Shown: piece by piece, positions 20,605 to 30,613 of the stretch
How the letters are laid out: each line of letters starts with the position of its first letter
Numbering within the stretch: the first letter of the stretch is position 1
Origin: a virus
Lineage: Duplodnaviria > Heunggongvirae > Uroviricota > Caudoviricetes
Direction: 5' to 3' (one strand)
Virus record (IMG/VR): IMGVR_UViG_3300040801_002879
Location: 23,418 to 87,417 of that record
Length of the DNA stretch: 64,000 bases
The notes under the pieces: model-generated
What the model saw: only the letters and a program-made list of their open reading frames with translations
Told to the model about the DNA's origin: nothing
Database searches by the model: none
Program-made: the position numbers and the translations under genes

Positions 20605-21237
20605 ATGGCTGGAAATACTTCAATAGTTAGTGCCAGAATGTATCTAGGGAACGCTAATCAGTCTATCAATATTGATGGGGCTGATGGTATAGTGGTAATG
20701 AGTTATTCTAGTGTTCCTCTAACTGGTGTTGCTATAGGTGGTGGAGCACTTTCTCGTAAGTGGGTTTCAGGAGATGCTAGCGTCTGGTATAAACCCTTGC
20801 CTAATAGTGTTGGAAGTGCCACGCTGACTATTACTGCTTCAAGCGATGTGGTTTACGTAGTGGTAGCTCTTAAAAATGGGGCGGGTATTCGTTTTTCAAA
20901 ATCAGGCTATGGTTACACGCCTAGCGGTGGTGGAGAAATTGATTTAGACATCCCTGATGCTTATACAAGCCCAGGAAACTTATGCTTAGGAATGGTTGTT
21001 AGTGTTCCTAGTGGTGGTACATATTTTGAAAGACTAGGCGGTACAGCTTCTTGGACAATGCTAGGTGGGGGCTTGATGGGGGATGATGGAAGAATTGTAA
21101 GAATACCTTATTATAAAGTATCTGGTGGAAATGCCGAAGAATGGTACATTAAACATACTTATGGTGGTTTTTATTCTCTAACGACAGTTGTAGAAGGCTA
21201 TAATTATTCTGGTTTTTCTGCTGTCACAATGTTATAA
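20605..21237 (+). CDS. Hypothetical structural protein
   Basis: It is 210 aa and starts 2 nt after the previous stop. Confidence 0.55.
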   Translation: MAGNTSIVSARMYLGNANQSINIDGADGIVVMSYSSVPLTGVAIGGGALSRKWVSGDASVWYKPLPNSVGSATLTITASSDVVYVVVALKNGAGIRFSKSGYGYTPSGGGEIDLDIPDAYTSPGNLCLGMVVSVPSGGTYFERLGGTASWTMLGGGLMGDDGRIVRIPYYKVSGGNAEEWYIKHTYGGFYSLTTVVEGYNYSGFSAVTML

Positions 21238-21266
21238 ATTTTATTGGTAAAATTAAAGGAACTTTT

Positions 21267-22013
21267 ATGGAAAACATATTCACTGATAACCTCAATGCGA
21301 TTTTAGCGGGTGTTATCACTACGCTACTAACAATAATTGGCATCGTTGCTCAACGCTACTTGTCAAAAATTAAAAAGAATTTAGACTTACAAACTGCTCA
21401 AAAAACTCCAGAGGAAGCAGAAGAGGATATGGGGTTTAGTCTTTGGTGTGATAGAGCTATCATGGATATTATAGCAGAGACTAGAGTAAAGACGGACAGT
21501 GCTAGAGCATATGTTATCAGATTCCATAATGGAACTTATTTTTCCAATCGACAACCTATTTGGAAACTCACCTGTACCCACGAGTCGACTGCCAAAGGCG
21601 TAGAATATCTTACGACAAAAGATGTTCAATCACTTCCTGCCTCTAACGTACTTGATATTATTGTTCCTTTTTGGGGTGGTATAAGCAGAGGGGTAAAGCG
21701 CATAGATATTCCTGACCCAACCGTAGAAGGAGACTTAGACCCTAGAAATGGGGTTTATCTTATAGATACTGAGCAAATGGATTCTAGTATGGGGAAACAG
21801 TTGTTACGTAGTGAGGGTGTTACTTGTGCTATGAATATTCCTCTGGTTAGTCCTAAAGATGGGCGCATACTAGGCTTATTTGGTTTAGATTGCTTAGACT
21901 CCGTTAGAACGTTTTCTCCAGAAGAAATAGAAATGCTTAAAGACGTTGCTGATAGAATTTCTTATATTCTTTGTAGAGAAAAAGATGAGTCTGTTCCAAA
22001 CAACGGTAATTAA
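21267..22013 (+). CDS. Membrane-anchored hypothetical protein (N-terminal TM helix)
   Basis: It is 248 aa with an N-terminal hydrophobic helix (ILAGVITTLLTIIGIVA). It is the last gene before the terminator. Confidence 0.55.
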   Translation: MENIFTDNLNAILAGVITTLLTIIGIVAQRYLSKIKKNLDLQTAQKTPEEAEEDMGFSLWCDRAIMDIIAETRVKTDSARAYVIRFHNGTYFSNRQPIWKLTCTHESTAKGVEYLTTKDVQSLPASNVLDIIVPFWGGISRGVKRIDIPDPTVEGDLDPRNGVYLIDTEQMDSSMGKQLLRSEGVTCAMNIPLVSPKDGRILGLFGLDCLDSVRTFSPEEIEMLKDVADRISYILCREKDESVPNNGN

Positions 22014-22020
22014 AAATAAA

Positions 22021-22046
22021 CCCCCCGATTAAGGGGGGCTTTTTTA
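22021..22046. terminator. Bidirectional rho-independent terminator (CCCCCCgattaaGGGGGG followed by T-run)
   Basis: A perfect 6-bp GC stem with a 6-nt loop is followed by TTTTTT on the + strand and by an A/T-rich tail on the - strand. It lies between convergent gene blocks. Confidence 0.8.
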
Positions 22047-22060
22047 TCTCACGAATTTTC

Positions 22061-22840
22061 TTATTCGTCTAAAGCGTCAAATACAATTTGAGCTGCACGT
22101 TGTAGTGCTTTCTCTTCATCTGTAATCGGTTTGAACATCATACCGCTTTTAGCTTTGAATTTGCCAGTGAGATACTGGACAACAAACTTGCCAGTGCTTT
22201 CATCTTTCGATGCTTCTTCCAAAGTCTTACCCTTGAAAGGAATACCCATATCAGGTACAACCATGGCTTTAGCTTTTTCAAGCTCTTCTTTGGTGTATTC
22301 GATAGCTTCTTGAGCCTCTTCTGGCTCTTCATCACCGAGAGTTGTAGCAGAATAATTCTCTCCTACTTCACCCTTATAACCTGCGGGAAGTGCCCATTGA
22401 GGGAGCTTAGGAGTAGATTTAAGATTAACATATCTACCCTTTTTCTCAGCAGGGACCCAAGTTGCCCCAAGCTTATACAAATAACGCCCAATGCCCCATT
22501 TGATACCAGCACGTTTGAAGGCATCACTTAGACCGCCTTTGACAGATTCGAAAGTGGATTCGTTAGCACCATCAGATTTGCTAACCCACTCATCCCCTAT
22601 TTTGATAGCAATAGTGCAGATATATCCTCTGTCTCCACCGTCTCCTGAGATAGGCTTATAGCTGTCTTTCCAGTTTTCAGGTCCAACAACTTCGTCAAGG
22701 CGATTCATAACAGCACGAGCAGTAATATATGCTAATGCCATAGCCTTGTTAGTACGTTCTGAAAAACTACCTGCCCGCCATTCCACATCGGAAGGGTCAA
22801 AAGGCTCTAATAGTTTTTCGTGTAATTCTTTAAAACTCAT
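22061..22840 (-). CDS. Rad52/Sak-like single-strand annealing protein
   Basis: It carries the GIGRYLY motif and the overall pattern of Rad52/Rad22-family phage recombinases. It lies next to replication genes. Confidence 0.65.
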   Translation of the reverse strand: MSFKELHEKLLEPFDPSDVEWRAGSFSERTNKAMALAYITARAVMNRLDEVVGPENWKDSYKPISGDGGDRGYICTIAIKIGDEWVSKSDGANESTFESVKGGLSDAFKRAGIKWGIGRYLYKLGATWVPAEKKGRYVNLKSTPKLPQWALPAGYKGEVGENYSATTLGDEEPEEAQEAIEYTKEELEKAKAMVVPDMGIPFKGKTLEEASKDESTGKFVVQYLTGKFKAKSGMMFKPITDEEKALQRAAQIVFDALDE

Positions 22841-22851
22841 GTAATACTCCT

Positions 22852-23832
22852 TTAATCTAATTCGGCTCGATTTACAATCGGTAATCTCTTAATCAGGTCT
22901 TGCCTTATTTCTTCTGGCAACCGTGAGGTAATGTCGGGATAGAAGGGGATAGCCAAAACATCTACAATAAACTCTGTACCGTTGTCGTCTAATTCTTTCT
23001 TGACAAGCTCTACGATAAGAGCATCAGCCTCATCATCCCAACGATAGCTAATTTCTGGTTTCTTGAGAATATCGTGTCTAACATAATCAAGTACGTCTTT
23101 TACTCGCTCATGTTCTGCAACTTCTTCTAAGAGAGAAGCAATTGCGCCTTTGATTTGGTCTTCGGTATAATCCTTTCTACCATCAGGTAATAGGGGAACG
23201 TCTTCGATATTTTCGCCATACTTTTCCATAAGCCTGTCTGCAACCTCTGGCTCCATTTCAACTAACTCTGCTCCATTCCATTTGCCGAGAGTACGAAGGG
23301 TTTCGCTGATAGCATAAGGCTTAGCGATAATGGTTTTGAAAGTTTTCTCTAAATCCATGCCTACGTACTGACAGCGTTTGATTGTAGCAAGTCGCTGAAA
23401 TACCAGTGACCGAGAGACGTGACTAGCTTCACAAAAGTAGCCAATAAGGTCTTCCATTCTAGTGAAAGGCTCGCCAGTAAGGGGATTATTCATGCCTACA
23501 TAAATAGGCGTACCGTCTTCTCTAGTCATTTCCGTTAACCGATAGATACGGAATAAACCACGTTCCCGCAAAAGCCTTGATAGGTTTATATCCCTACTCG
23601 CTACCCTCAGTGTGGTTGCTACGTCTCCGTCTACAACTTCTGGCAGTTTTGCGCTGAACAACTCTGCGAATAGCGCAACTAGTCCCAACATCTGTTTCTT
23701 TAGTTTAGGGTCAATACTACCATTACTTTTCAGTGCGTCAAAAGCTTCCTGTAACTGGATGTCATTTACCAGTTGGGCTACTTCCTGCTCCGCACTATCT
23801 GTAAACCCTATATTTACAATTTCATTTGTCAT
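22852..23832 (-). CDS. Hypothetical protein (possible recombination partner)
   Basis: It is 326 aa and shares an operon with the annealing-protein gene. I found no recognisable motif. Confidence 0.55.
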   Translation of the reverse strand: MTNEIVNIGFTDSAEQEVAQLVNDIQLQEAFDALKSNGSIDPKLKKQMLGLVALFAELFSAKLPEVVDGDVATTLRVASRDINLSRLLRERGLFRIYRLTEMTREDGTPIYVGMNNPLTGEPFTRMEDLIGYFCEASHVSRSLVFQRLATIKRCQYVGMDLEKTFKTIIAKPYAISETLRTLGKWNGAELVEMEPEVADRLMEKYGENIEDVPLLPDGRKDYTEDQIKGAIASLLEEVAEHERVKDVLDYVRHDILKKPEISYRWDDEADALIVELVKKELDDNGTEFIVDVLAIPFYPDITSRLPEEIRQDLIKRLPIVNRAELD

Positions 23833-24218
23833 TATTTATCCTTTTTTCCATAGTTTAGATAAGTCTCAATTGGTGTGGTGTCTAAGAAGGTGTCAAGCTC
23901 GCCATCCAAATAAGCTAAGCGTGATTTATAAACCCACCAGTCTTTAGGGCACATATGGTCTTCTACCACTGTACCGTTTTCGTCAACAAACCTGATACCA
24001 ACATGCTCACCACACGTACACTTATCAGTGATAACCTTTTTCATGGTATCTAATTTGCGAATATATTTTGCACGTTCTGAGAGATTTTTTAGTTTGTTCT
24101 CGTCAACGCTCTTCTCGGTATCTTGAATAAACCGATTTACCTTTTGATACAAAGCAATCATGTTATCTTCAAGAATGTTCATGTGGGTCATTACGGTTTT
24201 TAATGCTACGTCACTCAT
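23832..24218 (-). CDS. Hypothetical Cys-containing protein
   Basis: It is 128 aa with CTCGEH...MCP motifs and an ATGA overlap with the upstream gene. Confidence 0.5.
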   Translation of the reverse strand: MSDVALKTVMTHMNILEDNMIALYQKVNRFIQDTEKSVDENKLKNLSERAKYIRKLDTMKKVITDKCTCGEHVGIRFVDENGTVVEDHMCPKDWWVYKSRLAYLDGELDTFLDTTPIETYLNYGKKDK

Positions 24219-25198
24219 TTATAACTCCTTTTGAAGTCTCCGTACCATGCACCACTAACATCTTCAATCGCTGTGGTAACAGAAAATGTATTGGATTTTC
24301 GTGAGTCTAAGATACCAATTTCCATTTCACTAGTGCCACTTTCATAGTCGGTATAAAAGATTGTGTTAGCTTCTTGGTGGGCTTTACTACCGCCCATAGC
24401 TGTCCATTTGCCTGTACCCTCTTTCTGCGCCCTCTGGCTAGTGAGAGATACCTGCGATATGAGGAACACCACTACACCATATTTAGCAACAAGCTCGCCA
24501 ATCTCACCAACAATTCTTAGCTGTTTCTCATAATCACTGAGACTTCTCATGTCACCAAAAGAATAAAGCTGTAGGTGGTCAATAATAAGAATTTTCATAC
24601 CATGGTCTTCGATTAGCTTTTCCCAACGTTTCATGCCAAGCTCTAAGCTACGAGTGTTACCTTGATGTGGGTTAGCTCCATATAAATATAAATTCCAATT
24701 CATCATTTCTGCCAGTGCAAAATCAATAGCTCTTTGCTGGTCTGCTGACCTGCTATTGAACCTTAGAAATTCTGGACTGATGCCTAACTCCATACAGGGT
24801 GTGTTTCTGCAAACAGGACAACTGGAATTATGTTGGTGTCCCTGCCTTAGCAAGTAGCGTGTTGCCACATTTGAAATCAGGGAGTCTCTATAACGATTAG
24901 GGGGCATACCTGATTCCAAGGTATCTACCACAATAAAAGGCTTTTCCTCTGGCTTGTTGCCCATCATAATATTAGCAATAACATTAATCATAAAAGTGGT
25001 TTTACGTTTCTTTTCGGGAGCCATTACAATGTTTAGCTCGCCATTGATAACGTCAATACCATAGAGAGCCATATCAAAAGGCTTGATACCATAAGGTACG
25101 AGAAGTTTTCTCTGTTCCTCTGGATTGCCCCAATCATCTTTAGTTGCCTCAATCAACGCCTGAATAGAGGGATTATATACTTTTTGTTCTTTTGTCAT
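24215..25198 (-). CDS. DnaB-family replicative helicase (RecA-like C-terminal domain)
   Basis: Walker-B-like ILIIDHLQL is followed by VVVFLISQVSLTSQR (the SQLNR-like motif) and a helix H4 region typical of DnaB C-terminal domains. A CPVCRNTPC insert is present. Confidence 0.7.
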   Translation of the reverse strand: MTKEQKVYNPSIQALIEATKDDWGNPEEQRKLLVPYGIKPFDMALYGIDVINGELNIVMAPEKKRKTTFMINVIANIMMGNKPEEKPFIVVDTLESGMPPNRYRDSLISNVATRYLLRQGHQHNSSCPVCRNTPCMELGISPEFLRFNSRSADQQRAIDFALAEMMNWNLYLYGANPHQGNTRSLELGMKRWEKLIEDHGMKILIIDHLQLYSFGDMRSLSDYEKQLRIVGEIGELVAKYGVVVFLISQVSLTSQRAQKEGTGKWTAMGGSKAHQEANTIFYTDYESGTSEMEIGILDSRKSNTFSVTTAIEDVSGAWYGDFKRSYK

Positions 25199-25461
25199 TA
25201 ACTTAAATCCTTCATAGCATCCCTAAGCTTTTGCTCTGGAATTTCAGTAAACATAGATACAATTTGAAATTCCCAATCCTCTACAAGATAAGGTAAGTAA
25301 GTATCTAAATCGTGGGATACTTCCCAAAATCTATTTACCATAGCTTCGGGAGCAGTATAGTAAACCGATGTTCGAGTAGCTTCTAAATTTCTTCTAAGGG
25401 TTGTTTCCTCTTCTGGAATAAGCTTCAACATTTCATCAATTAATTTTGCTAAGTCTCTCAT
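25198..25461 (-). CDS. Hypothetical protein
   Basis: It is 87 aa with an overlapping stop/start with the helicase gene. Confidence 0.5.
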   Translation of the reverse strand: MRDLAKLIDEMLKLIPEEETTLRRNLEATRTSVYYTAPEAMVNRFWEVSHDLDTYLPYLVEDWEFQIVSMFTEIPEQKLRDAMKDLS

Positions 25462-25521
25462 TTTACTCCTTTCTGAATTGTCTATCTATTATAGCACATG
25501 TTTAGTTAGTTGTCAAGTGCT

Positions 25522-27447
25522 TTAATGTGCTCCATACCAAGATTTAGCAATTCCTGGGTCTGCTTCTAGTGGGACTCTCATTTCAAAGACTTCACCTGTC
25601 TTTTCCATTATGTTTTTAGTAAGCTCAGCGACTTTTTCAGCTTGATTTTCCTTGACCTCAATCAGCAATTCATCGTGTACCTGTCCGATAATTCGAGCAT
25701 CGAAGTTCTTTTCTTTGAATAAATCATAGAGAACAACGGAAGCATAGTTGATTATGTCGGCTGCAGAACCTTGAATAATGCTGTTTACCGCCTGACGTTC
25801 TGCTCTACCACGTGTTGCACCATCGTAGGATTTGATACCCTGTAAGTGCCTTCTTCTCTTAGCAATAGTCCGAACATATCCTAGCTTCTTAGCCCAACGG
25901 ATAACATCATTTTTCCATTGTACCAGAGCAGGTCTCGCTTGCTCAAATCCATCAATCCATTCTCTAGCTTCGTTCTGATTAGGTCTAGGATAACCGCTAG
26001 ACTCAATTGTATCACAAAGTTTACGAGGACCAGCCCCATACGCCCATGCAAAGTTTAAGGTTTTGCCAATGCTACGTTCCACACCAACCAAATCTGCTGT
26101 CTGCTGGTGAGGGTCTCCACCTTCTCTGAATAGCTTGATATAGTTTTCATCCTGTGAATAATGCGCTAGAATACGTAACTCAAGCTGGCTGTAGTCACAG
26201 TTGACAATCATATAGCCATTTTTAGCAACAAATAATTTACGAATATCATCCCCTGTTTCGCCATGGGAAGGAATGTTTTGTAAGTTAGGACTGGAAGAAG
26301 ATAGCCTACCAGTTACTGTACCAGTTTGATTATAGTTTCCATAAATGCGTGGTTCATCGGTATCTTGAATTTCAACAAGCTCAATGAAAGGCTGAATGTA
26401 AGTGCTCAGGAGCTTGCTATACTTGCGGTAGTCTAACACTGCTGTAACAAAGCCTGAGTCATCCTCTGGCTCTAATCTCTGTAGTGCTAATACGTTTGTA
26501 CTAGGTGCGCCACTATTGGTTGTTAAGGTTGTTTTAAACCCTCTCTGCTCATATAAGTATTCAGCTAGTTGTTGAGTAGAGTTGGGGTTGAAGTCCTCTC
26601 CCGCCATCCCCTGCAATTTCTCTTCACAGGTTTTCATTTCTTGAAGGTATTTCTTTTCCAACACGTAAAGCTGTTCTTTATCAATACCTAGTCCTGATTT
26701 TTCCATCTGGTATAGGACAAAGATAAAAGGCATTTCGATATTCCAAAAAACATCCTCTACCTGTTCCTCTTTCAGATAATACTTCATCTTTTGCCAGAAG
26801 TCATATGTAAGTCTAGCGTCTAGCGCAGCATACCGCCCAAACTTTTGGGGGTCCATGTCTAAGGCGGTAATTTCTTTATGTGAAGAGAATTTCATTTCTG
26901 GTGGATTATCTTCCATCCCAAACAAAGGCGTTCCTTTTGCTGGATTTTTCTTGCGATACTCTTTCAAGTCCTCTTTGTATTTATCTCTTAACTCTTGATA
27001 TAGCTCTTTTTGCATATCCTTGAATGTAGGTAATTCCAAGCTTATGTTTAGATAGTGCTCAGATAAAGGCTTGAGTGCCTGACTTCTATTTTCATCCACC
27101 ATAAAGCTGGCAATCATTGTGTCTGCTACATTTACAAACTCAACACCTAGCTGAGAGATAAAGTGCAGGTCAAAGACTGCATTATGAAATACAAACAGGT
27201 GATTAGGGTCTTGCGCTTTTACTCGTAGCTTACTAGCAAAAGGTACAAGAGCATCCTGAGTGAAGTAGAAGGCGGTATCTTGATTAGCTATACTGATACC
27301 TACTATCTCATCCTGTCGGGGGTCTAACCCTGTTGTTTCGCAGTCTATACCGTATTCTGGTACAGAGCCTAGCTCCTTTAGTGCTTTCGGTACGTCTGAT
27401 TCTTTCGTGATGATTTGGTAATCAAATTCAAATTCTCTAGTCATCAA
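25522..27447 (-). CDS. polA: DNA polymerase I (family A) with a 3'-5' exonuclease domain
   Basis: Exo I GIDCETTGLD and Exo III YAALDA are present. Polymerase motif B KTLNFAWAYGAG and motif C QVHDELLIEV are present. Confidence 0.9.
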   Translation of the reverse strand: MMTREFEFDYQIITKESDVPKALKELGSVPEYGIDCETTGLDPRQDEIVGISIANQDTAFYFTQDALVPFASKLRVKAQDPNHLFVFHNAVFDLHFISQLGVEFVNVADTMIASFMVDENRSQALKPLSEHYLNISLELPTFKDMQKELYQELRDKYKEDLKEYRKKNPAKGTPLFGMEDNPPEMKFSSHKEITALDMDPQKFGRYAALDARLTYDFWQKMKYYLKEEQVEDVFWNIEMPFIFVLYQMEKSGLGIDKEQLYVLEKKYLQEMKTCEEKLQGMAGEDFNPNSTQQLAEYLYEQRGFKTTLTTNSGAPSTNVLALQRLEPEDDSGFVTAVLDYRKYSKLLSTYIQPFIELVEIQDTDEPRIYGNYNQTGTVTGRLSSSSPNLQNIPSHGETGDDIRKLFVAKNGYMIVNCDYSQLELRILAHYSQDENYIKLFREGGDPHQQTADLVGVERSIGKTLNFAWAYGAGPRKLCDTIESSGYPRPNQNEAREWIDGFEQARPALVQWKNDVIRWAKKLGYVRTIAKRRRHLQGIKSYDGATRGRAERQAVNSIIQGSAADIINYASVVLYDLFKEKNFDARIIGQVHDELLIEVKENQAEKVAELTKNIMEKTGEVFEMRVPLEADPGIAKSWYGAH

Positions 27448-27928
27448 ATATATCCTCTCTCGTCATTACCTGCTCTAGTGCTTTCTTTTCTCTACGTTGC
27501 TGTTCTTCTTCCTCTTTTTTCTTTGCTCTTACAATAGCAATTATTATACCAGCGTCACCTAGTATGCTTTTGAGAGATTGGCGATTTTTCCACGCAAACC
27601 TGTTACCATAAAAAGCTTCATGTAAAACTTCTTTAGCAATCTCTATGTCCATGTCACATTGTTCAAGCAGTTGTTTCGCAAAGCCTAATTCCCTGCGATA
27701 TTTAGCAGTACCTTTGCGAATATCCCAAACTACGTTTCTGGTAGCTGTAGATAGCTTTTCGCTAACATAGTCCTCAAACAATGTTAGAATTTGTTGTGTT
27801 GGTGAGCCTTCTGACGCTAGATACCACCCACCATTATAGAGAATAATGTCCTCTAAGCAGTTAGGGCACATACCGTCTTGTCGTCTTGTCTGGTTTGTTT
27901 TACAATTTGGGCAAATTGGCATCGACAC
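27437..27928 (-). CDS. Zinc-ribbon protein (CPNC...CPNC)
   Basis: An N-terminal double CxxC is followed by a C-terminal Lys/Glu-rich tail. It overlaps the polymerase start. Confidence 0.55.
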   Translation of the reverse strand: MSMPICPNCKTNQTRRQDGMCPNCLEDIILYNGGWYLASEGSPTQQILTLFEDYVSEKLSTATRNVVWDIRKGTAKYRRELGFAKQLLEQCDMDIEIAKEVLHEAFYGNRFAWKNRQSLKSILGDAGIIIAIVRAKKKEEEEQQRREKKALEQVMTREDIFDD

Positions 27929-28226
27929 CCATCCCTTCTAAGTTTCTTCTTATGCTCTGTAGATTATCTTCTATATTAATATGTGTAACTTCGCTCATTA
28001 TATCCCTAAGCTCTTGAAATTCTTCTTTATCAAGATTCATTCTGGAAACCACTCCATGATTTCTGACAAGAAGAGTGGCTGTTTTTTCGTTAGAATAGTA
28101 AATCAGGGATACGTATTCTCCTTTAAGATGGTGGGTTGCTTTTTTATCTATAGTAATTTTAGCCATTATATTCCTCAATTCCTTTATAATCAACATCGTG
28201 TCTTTTTGGTTCAATATCATTTTCAT
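27900..28226 (-). CDS. Hypothetical protein
   Basis: It is 108 aa and part of a compact operon. Confidence 0.45.
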   Translation of the reverse strand: MKMILNQKDTMLIIKELRNIMAKITIDKKATHHLKGEYVSLIYYSNEKTATLLVRNHGVVSRMNLDKEEFQELRDIMSEVTHINIEDNLQSIRRNLEGMGVDANLPKL

Positions 28227-28443
28227 TTTCTGCGATATAGATATGACCTTTCAATACAGACTGGTCTTTCTTTAGAATAATTCCTTCAATATCCTCAATG
28301 TTTTGCTCAGGATTTACAAAGATAGTTGTAGGCGTTCTTTTGTATTTCTTTTTAAAATGGGATAGTGCTTTTCTTCCTTCCTCTGCTGAAATAATACTGT
28401 TCTTTTTATTGAATTGAACATACCACATCATCATATCAGCCAT
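28159..28443 (-). CDS. Hypothetical protein
   Basis: It is 94 aa. Confidence 0.45.
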   Translation of the reverse strand: MADMMMWYVQFNKKNSIISAEEGRKALSHFKKKYKRTPTTIFVNPEQNIEDIEGIILKKDQSVLKGHIYIAENENDIEPKRHDVDYKGIEEYNG

Positions 28444-28446
28444 GGA

Positions 28447-28653
28447 TTAATCCCTTTTTAATGGAACGGAAATAATAAAAGCAGTTTCAATGCTGGCAAT
28501 TTGGTCGTCTCGCAAGAGAGTAAAATCCTCATAAACTTCGGGCAGGTCTGCCAGTTTCTCTCTAGCAATCTCTTCTGTCTCATAGGCAACATTATGTACC
28601 AAGAGAACATCGAAGGGTAATTCAAGTGTCCAATGATAAAACAATTTAGGCAT
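28447..28653 (-). CDS. Hypothetical protein
   Basis: It is 68 aa, followed by promoter-like TTGACA/TATACT upstream sequence. Confidence 0.45.
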   Translation of the reverse strand: MPKLFYHWTLELPFDVLLVHNVAYETEEIAREKLADLPEVYEDFTLLRDDQIASIETAFIISVPLKRD

Positions 28654-28758
28654 AAATATCTCCTTAGTCTAAGTATGTACTAAGTAAAGTATACTACATT
28701 TTAGTTAGATTGTCAAGGGGTTTGGAAAGAAAAAAGAGGGCTTTCACCCTCTCTTGTT

Positions 28759-28965
28759 TTACATATGTACTTGGTCGTGAGTGATAACTTCTGCTTCTTC
28801 AAGCATGTCTCGTGCTCGGATAATAGCATCGTACCTGACCTCTAAATCTTCGGTACTGAGTGCTTCATCAATAGCTTCTTTTGCGCCATCGAGCCAAGGG
28901 ATAGCTTCTTCACTCACATCTGTATAGATAAGCTCTCTAAGAACTTTCTTGTTCATCTTCTTCAC
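28759..28965 (-). CDS. Hypothetical protein
   Basis: It is 68 aa and acidic. Confidence 0.45.
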   Translation of the reverse strand: MKKMNKKVLRELIYTDVSEEAIPWLDGAKEAIDEALSTEDLEVRYDAIIRARDMLEEAEVITHDQVHM

Positions 28966-29152
28966 CTTTCTGTAAGTCCTGCGTCATTCGCTGTAAAGCG
29001 TAAGCCAATATTTTTAATACCAACTCTGTCTCGGCTGGAACTAGCGTTGAGTTTTGGTCCTTTCTTAAATCAAGTATCATTCTAGCCATGAGATTGTCAA
29101 GTCTTTTTACGTTTTGCTTTTCTCTGGTTGTCTTTATTCTTTTACGTGCCAT
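28937..29152 (-). CDS. Hypothetical basic protein. Start adjusted to MARKRIK, which has an AAAGGAG RBS.
   Basis: The longer ORF (to 29209) would run into the tRNA. The internal ATG has a good Shine-Dalgarno. Confidence 0.45.
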   Translation of the reverse strand: MARKRIKTTREKQNVKRLDNLMARMILDLRKDQNSTLVPAETELVLKILAYALQRMTQDLQKGEEDEQESS

Positions 29153-29178
29153 AGTGTATACTCCTTTCTTTTGAATTA

Positions 29179-29254
29179 GTAGTCGTGGGGGGAGTCGAAC
29201 CCAAACCAACCTGCGCCTTATAAGAGCGATGCTCTAACCATTGAGCTACACGAC
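29179..29254 (-). tRNA. tRNA. The anticodon-loop region is TCTTATAA, so the specificity is uncertain (possibly Ile/UAU-like).
   Basis: A perfect 7-bp acceptor stem (AGTCGTG/CACGACT) with discriminator A is present. The D-arm is GCTC-AATGGTTA-GAGC and the T-loop is GGGTTCGACTCC. The anticodon stem is imperfect when folded by eye. Confidence 0.6.
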
Positions 29255-29281
29255 TAAATATATCTTACCACAAATCTTGGG

Positions 29282-30613
29282 TTATGTCAAGCCACTACTG
29301 CCTAATTGTATTGTAGAAGGGTCTCTACTATATAGTCTTTCATATTCCTCATCCATTTGTATACTAGGACTATAAAATATTTTGCCTGTATTTCTAGCAA
29401 CCGCTTTAAAAAGGTCTACCCATTCATCATCTTCTAAATAATATTTTAGAACAGCATCTAATAGCTCTTGTGCGGAATTTATATTTGTATTTCTTGCAAT
29501 CTCTCTTACTTTGTTGCCAAGCGTATTTGAGGTAACAGCGTTTCTAAGATTTTCTATAAGAAGAATACCATTAAAATCTTTATCAGGTGCAGCATTGTTT
29601 AGATAAGAGATTATAACTGAAACAATATTTGTAGGAGCAGTAATATCTTCTAAAAATCCTTCTGGAAGAGGTTTACCTGCTTCTAGTCCTAGTTTTTGTA
29701 GTTTGCCTCTAATAACATTTGAAATTTGTTCAATACTATAAAAAGTAGTGAAGACTGCCTCTACTGTAAAGCTGTATACAAGGTTTCTGCCAAAACCCTT
29801 CATTACTTCTTCCCACTTTGTAGCGTTTATTCTTAATTCTCTTGAGGATTTTCTTCCCCAAAAATCCATGACTTCTGCCATATTCTTAGAGATTTTCTTT
29901 ACTTCTTGTTCTTGCATACCCATATTTGGAAACCATCTTGTATCATTTACTACTATTTTAGCATATCCAACAGTGCCATCATAATTTCTAAGGTCGGCAG
30001 TGTTTAGTCCTTTATTTTGTTTAGCATTATTACTACTAGTAGACTTAACTTCTATTGTGGTTTTTAACTCTGGAATAAAACCATCAGCGTTTTTTACCCA
30101 ATCTACTTCATCATAATGTTTGTCTAATACAGGGTCATAATATTTACTTAGCTGTGATACATATTGTTTTGTGCTGTTTACATTAAGAGGGTGTAGTAAA
30201 GTAAATCCTTCTGAGGGAGCTTTTTTAAGTTCCCTTTCTAGTGCTTTCTCATATTCCATTTCTACTTTATCAGCACGCCATTTGAAACTCCAATATTGAT
30301 ATTTTGCTCCTTCCTCACTCATAGTAGATTCAATTACGTCTGCTGGACCATGAATTACTTGATTTAGGCTAGATAATTCTTTTGCATGTACTCCTGAAAT
30401 TGAGAGCATTTCTTTATGGTAGTCTTTTATATCATATTTTTTACCTATTAGCTTATCGCCAGCATCTTTCATTTTATCAGCAACAAATTTTGCAGTAACA
30501 GATGTTTTATGTTGTTTAATTCTTTTTGTTCTGCCTTGTCTGTTTGCAGAAGCATTAAACATTGTTTGTTGAACTTGACTTAAAAGACCTGCATGTTCAT
30601 TTGTAATAGTCAC
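29282..30613 (-). CDS. Orphan 443-aa protein, markedly AT-rich relative to neighbouring genes (candidate horizontally acquired gene)
   Basis: The ORF is long and uninterrupted, and Lys/Asn-rich. Its composition looks lower in GC than its flanks. It lies directly beside a tRNA. Confidence 0.6.
   Translation of the reverse strand: MTITNEHAGLLSQVQQTMFNASANRQGRTKRIKQHKTSVTAKFVADKMKDAGDKLIGKKYDIKDYHKEMLSISGVHAKELSSLNQVIHGPADVIESTMSEEGAKYQYWSFKWRADKVEMEYEKALERELKKAPSEGFTLLHPLNVNSTKQYVSQLSKYYDPVLDKHYDEVDWVKNADGFIPELKTTIEVKSTSSNNAKQNKGLNTADLRNYDGTVGYAKIVVNDTRWFPNMGMQEQEVKKISKNMAEVMDFWGRKSSRELRINATKWEEVMKGFGRNLVYSFTVEAVFTTFYSIEQISNVIRGKLQKLGLEAGKPLPEGFLEDITAPTNIVSVIISYLNNAAPDKDFNGILLIENLRNAVTSNTLGNKVREIARNTNINSAQELLDAVLKYYLEDDEWVDLFKAVARNTGKIFYSPSIQMDEEYERLYSRDPSTIQLGSSGLT

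Noticed and set aside
29179-29254. Firm anticodon assignment for the first tRNA
   Set aside because: The acceptor, D and T arms are clear, but the anticodon stem cannot be paired cleanly by eye (loop region TCTTATAAG). The specificity (Ile/UAU-like?) is left open for tRNAscan-SE.
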